Assembly: GCF_009914755.1 (NCBI RefSeq)
Contig: NC_060931.1
DNA from: the human T2T-CHM13v2.0 reference genome, Homo sapiens
DNA length: 64,000 nucleotides
Strand: one strand, 5' to 3'
This document shows, in pieces, positions 1-10,111 of this stretch; position 1 is the first letter of the stretch; each line of letters opens with the position of its first letter. Made by a program: the position numbers and the translations under genes. Under the pieces are notes generated by a model, which saw nothing but the letters and a program-made list of their open reading frames with translations, searched no databases and had not been told where the DNA came from.

Positions 1-2681
1 GCCCAGGCCCCAAGATGCCCCACGTGGCTGGCTGGTGATCCCTGCTATGCACTGTGCAGTCTCCCTCTTCCATAGCCGGGGAGTCCAGGTCCATCCCACA
101 GCAATTAAGCTTTTCTCCCTGGTGGAGGAAACACTTGCATAAGAATAGGAGGTTCTTCCCCCAGGGATAGTTTTCTCTTCTCCACTCTGTCAGCAGTTAA
201 CATAGCCCTGCATTTAAGCTGTCTCATCCTTTTCTCTACCCTGTCAACAGCTGACTTTTAAATGAGGATTTTTTCTTTTAGAAGACATTTTGCTGGACCA
301 GGAATGATGAGGATCACTGTTTTTAGTTCCCATAGAGTTTTAATTGTGAGAAAGGATATGTGAGGTTACTCTTAAGCTGTAGCCAATCTGGTTTGCTTTG
401 TGCATCTTTCTGTACAGTCCATACCAAGCTTTACTACAGGCCTCCATCTTGTTTTATATCATTTGGGGCATGGCCTGTAACCCAGTGGCAGGCTTTGTTT
501 AGCTTCCATATGGCCCAGATTCAATCCTGGCTAGGGGATGAGTTTCATATCTGCATGACCTTTTGCTATTTGTTGATTCCCTTCCCCTCCATGAAATGCC
601 TTGGATTTTCCTTTCTCTGAGCCTTTAGGAAAGTTTGAAAGGCAGAAATATTGGCCACTTGGCACCACTAAAGTTAGATAATAAGGGAGTTAAAAGAATT
701 ATTTTGAGAAGTGCCCAGCTCAATTAAAGGTGGATATCCAACATATAGTAATATTTAAAAGACCTTTATGTTCTCCTTTTTTTGAACCTTGGTTTGCTGG
801 AAAAATACATGGTTTTTTTTTGGTAAACTGAATTATTTTTCTCCATTTTGGCTTGCCACTTTTAATGCATGCATGAAAGGGGAGAGACCTCTGTTTTCCT
901 CATGAAATCCCAGGAATTAAAAGCATCTGAAGGCCAATAATTCAAATAGAAGATTGGCAAATGAAAGATCTTATGGGGACTGGATTTTCTTCTGCCAGTC
1001 TGCATAGTTACATATGCATTGCATGTGTGATATCTATAAAAAGAGCTTTAATTAATTGGCCTAAGGGAAGATAAGCACTTGGATCAAATCTTTTGTAAAG
1101 AGAAGATAAAAGCTGTGGTACCTTTCAGTTCATGTGACTTAAGCTTATTCTTTGTGAAATAAAAACCACCTTAAAGATTATCAGTAAAAAGCAAATGTCA
1201 TCAAAATATAAATAGGCAGACTAAGTTATGCAGGTCAGATACTATGTACACTAAATGTTTTAAGGTTATAAACTGCTTTTTTGGTTTTTCAATATGCCGG
1301 CTTCACAGTTGGTAAGGTCAGAGGACATATGGAACTAACCATACCCTTAATTATGCTGAGAAGAGTCAAACCTTGGCTGGACGTAGCACATAATCAAAAT
1401 AACTTACCAGATTTTACATTAAAGTTAAAAATTGCTAAAAGTTACCATTATGACATATAATTGAGACTGCTGGAAATAGATTTACATGTGAGGTGTGTAA
1501 GAACAGTAAAATGTGTTTTTAATAAACACTTATAAGAAGGCATAAAAGTGCAAATTCTTGACTAGGGTTAAATAATTGTTTTAAATTAGATAAAATAAAG
1601 CTAAAAGTTCAAACAAGTGGTGGAAGGGTTGTAAGAATTAATCTTGCAAAAATTCCATGTGTGAATACATTGACTAAATTCAAACAGGTATTATTTGGTT
1701 TTTCTGTAAATTGAACATTAAAATAAAAGCACAACAATGTACTTTTAAGACACCAATCTTTTCTTTAGTGAAATTTGTAAAGAGTTATAAAAGGTTTTTG
1801 TTTTTTTAAAATTTCTGAGTCATTTAGGCAACATGGATAATTTATGGTAACCTGGAATTCTATTTAATAACATCAAGTTTCTTAAACCTCTAACATATTT
1901 AACAGGCTTCCCAAATCATACTTCAGTTTCAAAATTGTCTTTCTGACATCTGACTTTTTGGATGCATCACAGGGACCCTGGAGTATCCAGAAAAGGGAGG
2001 TAAAGAGGATTATTTGACATGTTTAGGTACATGGGATTGCCAAAATGGTGCTCAATCTTCTTTAGGTATATTTTGGTGAATAATACTAATATATGTTCCA
2101 AAATTTTATGGAATTTCTAAAATTCTAATGTCTGAGTATATGCTATCTATCTTAATTAAGGTTATTATGTTAAGTTATTGTAAACCACAGAGATAACCAA
2201 ACTTCTTTGTCAGTTGTGTTTCTAACTGTAACTACCCTGGACATTTTGTTATTCACAAGCACTTGTTGCCTTGTTTTAATCCTTTTTCAAAAGATGGTTT
2301 ATAATAAGCTATATAAGTTTGACAGGTGAGGTCAAATACAGTTTTCTAATAACTTTGGAGATTGTGACATTGGAATAAAGGAAAAATGTACAGGACTCAT
2401 AAAGAGCTGAAATGTTCAACATATCAAGCAAAACAAGACCTAACCTAACGAATTCAGAAAACAGAAGCAATCTTTTTCACTTTTGCTTGTAATATTGCTG
2501 ATCCTTGTGTTAGTTTTCAAAGTCAAGGAAACTTATTTTGACCTACTTATGGTCTTTAATAATTGAGTAACATCTACTTCTGTGAACAAAATTTGGAGCA
2601 TGTTTCTTTCTCTCTGCCTGGTTTGTCCAGAATTTGGAAACGATCTATGAGTATTCTTAACTTACAGCAATATAGTTGTTT

Positions 2682-3358
2682 TTTTTTTTTTGTACTTTAA
2701 GTTCTAGGGTACATGTGGACAATGTGCAGGTTTGTTACATATGCATACATGTGCCACGTTGGTGTGCTGCACCCATTAACTCATCATTTACATTAGGTAT
2801 TTCTCCTAATGCTATCCCTTCTCCCTCCCCCACCACAACAGGCCGCGGTGTGTGATGTTCCCCGCCCTGTGTCCCAGTGTTCTCATTGTTCAATTCCCAC
2901 CTATGAGTGAGAACATGTGGTGTTTGGTTTTCTGTCCTTGTGATAGTTTGCTCAGAATGACGATTTCCAGCTTCAGCCATGTCCATACAAAGGACATGAA
3001 ATCATCCTTTTTTATGGCTGCATAGTATTCTATGGTGTATATGTGCCACATTTTTTTAATCCAGTCAATCACTGATGGACATTTGGGTTGGTTCCAAGTC
3101 TTTGCTATTGTGAATAGTGCTGCAATAGACATATGTGTGCATGTGTCTTTATAGCAGCATGATTTATCATCCTTTGGGTATATACCCAGTAATGGGATGG
3201 CTGGATCAAATGGTATTTCTAGTTCCAGATCCTTGAGGAACCACCACACTGTCTTCCACAATGGTTGAACTAGTTTACAGTCCAACCAACAGTGTAAAAG
3301 TGTTCTATTTCTCCACATCCTCTCTAGCACCTATTGTTTCCTGACTTTTTAATGATCA
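2682..3358 (-). mobile_element. 5'-truncated L1PA (about L1PA5/6): ORF2 C-terminus, 3'UTR and poly(A)
   Basis: Poly-T at the left end, recognisable L1 3'UTR, ORF 2890..3330 matches the ORF2p C-terminus (LVQPLWKTVW...FDPAIPLLGIYP...TWNQPKCP); flanked by a 23-bp TSD (2659-2681 / 3359-3381). Confidence 0.95.
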
Positions 3359-5007
3359 AACTTATGGCAATATAGTTGTTTGCATCAGTGCAATAAGAAT
3401 TTATTTTCTTTTGCAACAGGATGCAATTGGATGCAGTTATCTTACCAAAGCTTTGACTGGAAGGGTATGCCTCCTGTTAAAAAGTCAAGCTCAACCTGAC
3501 CTGTAGTCAGTAAAGAATGTCACCTTTTAAAAGGCCCAGGAGCTCCAAGTTTACATTGGGACCTTAAGAGGATAAGATCACCCAACTCACAGGAATTTGA
3601 GAATACAAACCCATGTCTGGGCTCAGCTTTAAAAGGTCTTATCTGAGATTCCTTGTGGAACAGAGTTCCATCAAAGCCAATCTAAAATGCTATGTAGAAA
3701 TAATTATTCTTGCTGCAGGTTATACAAATAATTGGGCCAAGTGTAAGTTTAAAGTTTATTTTGCAAACAACTCAGTCCTGTCATGACTTGCTTTTTTAAC
3801 AAAAATGAGTACTGGAGAGAGAGAAATTATTTTTCAGAACTTATCATACATTTGTCATTAAATTCTAAACTCAGATATTTTTAAGTTGTTGCCTACATTT
3901 TAGATGAACCCTGCTTATTCCTGAGAACCAACCAGAAATCTCTGGCTGCAGCTCAGAAATAACAAGAGGGTTAGGTAATGTAGAAATTTGGATCTATATT
4001 CTAGTTCTGAACAATTATCCTGCAAATCCTGCCAGGTGATGGGAATAAATAGGATGCCCATCACCTGGAGGTTTCCTTTTTGGGAAAGTAAGACCAAGGG
4101 AGCTAACAAAAGCCAAGCAGTATGTACCCAAATCCTAGCAAGCGTAACTATAGCCACCAGTTATCTGGGCATGTCACAGACATTCTTTTATCTCCCTTGT
4201 TGGAGGAGGACTCAATTCCACAGCTTCACCATAGCATTTGGCTTATGATAAGGAGCCCATGCAATCCCCACTGAGACACATTTTTATCCCAAACGCAATT
4301 CCAAGCTTCATGTAAAAGCTCTAGGAAAGAAAACTGGATCTGAAGGATCCAGAGGCAGACAACAACAGAAGTTAAAAGGCACAGTGCAGGTGAGTGTGGC
4401 TGATTTCTGCCAGTTAAGACATGCTTCCTGTTACATGGTTAAAGGCCATGCTAGAATCCATGGCAAAAACGAGGTCTAGAGAATTCAAAGGCTATGGACA
4501 GCAGGGAAGACAGGGCATGCATGGGTAAGAGTGGACACTCCCACTCTCTAGGCTCCCTGTTAACATGGGTAAAAGCCACTTTAATACCCATGGGTGGCAC
4601 TCTGTCACAGTAGCCAGGACTCGGGGATATAAGGAGGGAGGAAAGAAAGAGGAATGCCTCACTTTCCCTCCCTCATGTACCTTGGGTATTTGCTAAGAAG
4701 GGGAAGGAACCAGGGATGCCTCAGTCCCCTCTTTCTAGATGAGTAGCCATTCATCTTCAGTCTGTACCCCTTTCAAATGCATCCTGAACCTCTGGGACTC
4801 CCTTGAAAAAAAATCTTTCTTTTCATTTTTCTTCCTCTGTCTTCTCTTCACTGATAGGTAATTGTGCCTCCGTACTATGAGACACTGCCCTCAGAGTGCA
4901 TCCTCCAAACTGGAAAGTGTTAGTTTCCTAAACCTGGAACTAGTTGGCTTAGGATCGGGCTCAGGGGAAGGGAACCCAGAAGCCTGACATGCTGGCAAAA
5001 GGGAAAA

Positions 5008-5009
<2 letters not shown>

Positions 5010-5057
<48 letters not shown>
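5010..5057. repeat. Pure poly-T tract (48 nt)
   Basis: 48 uninterrupted T residues. Confidence 0.97.
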
Positions 5058-5060
<3 letters not shown>

Positions 5061-5405
5061 TAGTGGAGCTTTTGGCCTCTCTCTCCCTGTGCAAACTGGT
5101 AAAAGGACTCAGAATTTTTGAGCTGTCTTTACGCCTTCCCTTGTTTTATTTTGATACATGTTTTCTAATAACCCAGTTTGTCTATTCTTCCCTTCAGGCC
5201 ATTAAACTTCAAAAGGTCATGCAAACAGATCCTCTGACGGTGGCCCCTTCTGCCAGGGACCCTTAGATTGGCCTCTGAGTGAGCTCTGACTGCCATTTCC
5301 CCAAAATAGCACTTCACAACAGCAGGAGGCAGTTAAGATCGGTCTTTGTCCTTATCCTTATCCTTATTCTAATGGCAGTTATATGTATTTCTTTAGAGGA
5401 GGAAA

Positions 5406-5712
5406 TGAGACAGCCAAATAAAAAGGGATCCCGAGAGAACCTCTGACCAGGCTGTGCACTGGGAGGACTGGGTGGGTCCTGGGAAGTTTGTGTCATTTGC
5501 AGTGGGAAGGAACCTGACCTCTCCTGTTTTTGGGTGGTGACCTGGGATTCAATCTGTGAAATGGGGGCTAGTGAATAGGAACCCCTCTTGCTTTGCTGAG
5601 TTTTTTTCCTTTTTCCTTTTCACCCAATAAATTCCATAACCCCTCACACTTCAAAGTGTCTGCAAACCTTATACTTCCTGGTCGTGAAACAAAAACCTGG
5701 TTTTTTACTACA
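5406..5712 (+). mobile_element. MER61-like 3' LTR of the ERV1 provirus
   Basis: Starts TGAGACAGCC after the PPT, has AATAAA at ~5626 and ends ...CTACA; resembles the recalled MER61 consensus. Confidence 0.8.
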
Positions 5713-6699
5713 AAAATTGGGTTGAAGAAACCCTGGACAGTTTATTTAAGCTTTCTGAATATTAATTTGTTCAATTATGTGAATCTAGTTATGCCCACTT
5801 CTAGTGCTATGGTGATTAAAATACATTGTAACAAAAAGTGCCTAATGCTTCTAATTACTATTATTCAAACATAGTGATTTTGTTTCTTTCTAATGATCCT
5901 CACCACTCTCAGAGTTTACATTGTTGTTTTAAATGAGGGAAGGGGATAGCAGTGAGATGGAGAGGGGAGAGGTTATAAAATTAGTGCAGCTCAACAGAAA
6001 CCAAGTAATGAGGCACTTCATTAACCCATGAGATTGGAATGGGATCCTGTCATTGTATAAATTTTCTTTTTCTTTTTGGCTAGATGTATGTATCTAAGCA
6101 ATCACAGAAGAGAAATTAATACATTCAACAGAAGAACCAAAATTATCATATTTCACAACATAATTTTTCTGTTATTTGATAGGCTGTGTTTACCCAAATA
6201 TTTAGTCTTTTAAATTAGTTAACTATCCACATCATCAACATTTCTGAGATAAGTCATAAAAGTGCGAGCTGAAAGCTGCTTCAGAACTTTTAGGAAGACA
6301 AAGAGCTTAAAGGAAAATTCAGACTTTATTTTAAACTGAAAGGATATACCTTGGACAACTGTTAAAAGTGTAAACTAAAATTCCTTTCTTCAAAATGTAC
6401 TCATATTAAATTATAGCACCTTTCCAGTCCCTGAAGAAGCACCTATGTTATATAACAGATTGAAGCATGTGCCCTTACTACTTTCTGCGCTGTCTAAATG
6501 CTTATGTTAGCATATCGTGAATACATGTTTATGGAATTGAACTGAAATCAATTTAATTGCATTGAGGAAAGAATCAATACACAGTTCCCCAGTGGCTACC
6601 CTCCAGAGTCTGAAAGCCCAGATAAGTTTTTAAAAATATTCTAATTGTCTTTCAAAGTGTAGATTAAGAATGGCAACATTATCTTATTTTATTTTTCTT

Positions 6700-6815
6700 T
6701 TAAATTCTGATTCCAGAAATTCATTAGAAACAAAGAAATCAGAATCTTTGGCCATCGCCCTCTTAAAAAGCTCATTAAGGTGATTTCTGGGTGCAGGGAA
6801 ATTTCAGAACTGTTT
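6700..6815. mobile_element. Degraded MER5-type hAT-Charlie MITE fragment
   Basis: 'aatcagaatct...aaaaagctc...aggtgatttct...tgcag...tttcagaactg' resembles the MER5 body. Confidence 0.4.
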
Positions 6816-7120
6816 GTCAACATAAAGAATCTCTTTTATAATGAAATAACTTTCTCCCCTCCTTGATAACAGCCATGATGACAGTATAAGATAAACATAC
6901 CTTCACATATATTTACATACGTGTGTGTGTGTAGCCTGTGGTATATGGATCCAGACATAAATTAAATGTCTGTCTTTGATGATTTTTATAATACACCCAT
7001 TCTTATGGGCAGCAGTGTGCTTTCTGCCCATGCTCAGGCCCTGGTGCCACGGTCTTGCTCTCTCCTGCCTGCAACATCTACATCACCATGAACATTGTCC
7101 TCTTAAGGCTGACCCTGAGC

Positions 7121-7153
<33 letters not shown>

Positions 7154-7160
7154 GTGTGTG
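7121..7160. repeat. (TG)n microsatellite
   Basis: Direct reading. Confidence 0.95.
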
Positions 7161-7854
7161 AGCGTGCATGTTGGTTATTTCCTGTAAAGTTCTAAATATT
7201 ATTCTTTCTTTTATATACTTTTCCTTCTGCTTTCATTTTCTTTAAATACTAAATAACACAAGAAGTGCTGCTGCTCATGCATTTACTGACAACTCTCCAC
7301 GTGGACGCTCTTTAATCCAATATTTGGTCTAGGGTGAGATTCCGTCTCTCACTCTAATGTTTAGGTAACAAATGTATAATAAAATTGCCTAAATTTAACT
7401 AAATTGATAGAGATACCTCCACAGCCATCTCAATGAGTATTCTTAGACTTGGGCTAGATTCCAGACTTGACTAGAATAGAATCTAGTCTTGGAATAGATT
7501 CTAGACTTCAACTAGATTCTAAAGAACTGCCAGTTAGTCAATGGAAGCTACGTGTTGGATAAAGAACAGTTAACTGAAAAGTAAACTAGGAGGTGATATG
7601 GAACTTCAACCTGGATTTGTGTAATATGATGTTAATGATCACATCTTTACTACTTATCTCTCAGGTATATAATTCTACCCCTGATCATCTGTTTCACATC
7701 TCCACCTATCTGCATGACACCACTATCACACCAGCCTACCTGATTATTATATTATAGAGGCTGACAGCTGCTCCTCTTCATGATTTATTGATTTCTTTTT
7801 AATCAACTGCCATTCAAGATATCACACCATTAATTTCAAACATGATTATTATTA

Positions 7855-10050
7855 TTTTTAATTAACAGACTTTATTCTTTAGCACGTTTAGGCTTCCAGT
7901 AAAACTGACTGGATAGTATATCACCCTCCTCCTCAAGTTTTTTCTGTTATAAAGATCTTGCATTAGCGTGGTACATCTGTTACAATTGAGCCAATATCAA
8001 TACAGTATTATTAACAAAATTTTATAGTTTACATTAGGGCTATATACTATATGGGTTTTACAAATGTATAATGACATATATCTGCCATTATGATATCTTG
8101 CAGAACAGTCTCATTGTCCTAAAAATCCTCCGTGCTTCAACTATTCATCTTTCCCGCTCTCTTTCCCTACATCCTTGAAATCCACTGATCTTTTGATTGT
8201 TTCCATAATTTTACCTTTTCCAAATGTCATGTAGTTGGAATAATACAGCATGTAGCCTTTTCAGACAGGCTTCTTTCACTTAACAATATGCCTTCAAATT
8301 TTCTCCAAGTCTTTTCATGGCTTGATATTCATTTCTTTTTATTGCTGAATAGTATTCCATGGTATGGATATACTACAATTCGATTATCTGTTCAGTTATT
8401 GTAGCATACATATCTCAGTTGTCTCCAAGTTCCACCAATTATGAATAAAGCTGCTATAAATATTTATGTACACTTTTTTGTGTGGATATAATTTTTTTAC
8501 TCATTTGGGTAAATACCAAAGAGCACAATTACTGGATCATATAGCAAGAGTATGTTTAGTTTTGTAAGAAACTGCCAAACTGCCTTTCAAAGTGACTGTA
8601 TCATTTTGCATTCCCACCAGCAATGAGTGAACAATCCTGCTGCTCTATATCTTCATCAGCATTTACAGGTGTTAATGTTTTTGGATTTTAGCCATCCTTG
8701 TATTTGTGTAGGATTAAGTCATCATTGTTTTAATTTGCAGTTCTCTAATGATACATGATTTTGAGTATTTAATCACATACTTATTTCCCTCCCATATACA
8801 TTCTTCGGTGAGGTGTCTATTGAGATATGTTGCCCATTTCATTAAATTAGGGTTATTTTCTTGGGGAGTTCAGAAATTTTTGAAAATTATGGTTGCTAGT
8901 TCTTTTTTAGTTTGTTTTGCAAAAAATATTTTTCTCCTAGTGTGTGGTTTGTCTTTTTATCTTAACATTGCCTTTTTCAGGGTAGAATTTTTTAGTTTTA
9001 ACAAAGTCCAACTAGTTAACATTTTCTTTTATGTGTTGTGCTTTTAATGTTGTATCTAAGAAGTCATTTCAAAACTGAATACAACTAAATTTTAGAATGC
9101 GTTTGCTAATATCTACAAAATAACTTTCTGGGATTTGATTAGGATTTCATTGAATCTATAGATCAAGTTGGAAGGGACTGATATGTTTACAATATTGAGC
9201 CTTCCTATCAATGTACATGAAATATCTCTCTATTTATTTAGGTCTGTGATTTATTTCATCTGAATTTTAAAATACTCCTCATATAGATCATGGATAGATT
9301 TTGTTTGATTTATACCTAGGTATTTAATTTTGATATTAATGTAAGTGGCACTTTATTTTTCATTTGAAATTCCAGTTAGTCATTTCTGGTATTCAAGAAA
9401 GCAACTGACATTTTTTTTTTGTATTAACCTTGGGTAGCTTCTCTATGATGACTTATTACTTCCATGAGAATTTTTTGTTGTTGTTGATTCTTTGTTTTTG
9501 TTTTTTTTTGCATAAACACATGACATCTCCAAACAAGACCAGTTTTATTTCTTCCTTCCCAATCTATGTTCCTTTTGTTTCCTTTTTTTTTCTTTTTTCT
9601 TTTTTTGCCTTATTGCATTCACTTGGAATTCTCGTACAATGTTGAGTAAGACCAGAGATAGTGGCATCCTTTCCTTGATGATGATCTTAGGGGAAAACAT
9701 GCAGCTTTTCACCATTAGGTATGATGTTAGCTGTAGGTTTTTGTAGGTGTTCTTCATCAAGTTAGGCAAGTTCTCTATTTTTAGTTTGCTGAGCATTTTC
9801 ATAATTAATCAGCATTTTCATAATTAACAACTATTTGACAATATAATTATTAACTTATTGTCAAATAACTTTTCTGCATCTCTTGATATAATTATATTTC
9901 TTCTTTAGCCTCCTGATGTGATGGCTTGAGATTTTTAAATGTATAATTGACTTTTGAATATTGAACCATCTTGCATACCTAGAACAAATCCCACTTGGCT
10001 GTGGTGTGCAAACTTTAGCTATTATATTAGCCAAACATATTTTATCCATG
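7855..10050 (-). mobile_element. Old L1 (L1MC1/L1MC2-like) 3'UTR plus ORF2 fragments, with internal deletions
   Basis: Typical L1MC 3' end ('gtggtacatctgttacaattga...gtttacattaggg'); minus-strand ORFs 9545..9802 and 9861..10049 resemble decayed ORF2 RT-region sequence. Confidence 0.85.
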
Positions 10051-10111
10051 TATGGTCTTTTTCCCTAGTCAGCATTTATTTTTAGTAAATTCAACTTCAA
10101 AAATCTTTCTT

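Larger units (their letters stand above)
1..5405 (+). mobile_element. ERV1 (MER4-group, MER61-int-like) internal region, decayed; 5' end lies upstream of the window; interrupted by an L1PA at 2682-3358
   Basis: Continuous ERV-like sequence ending in an env cytoplasmic-tail remnant (SSLQAIKLQKVMQ in ORF 5063..5266; 'cagcaggaggcagttaag' ~5320-5337) and a polypurine tract 'agaggaggaaa' immediately before the TG of the LTR at 5406. Confidence 0.8.
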
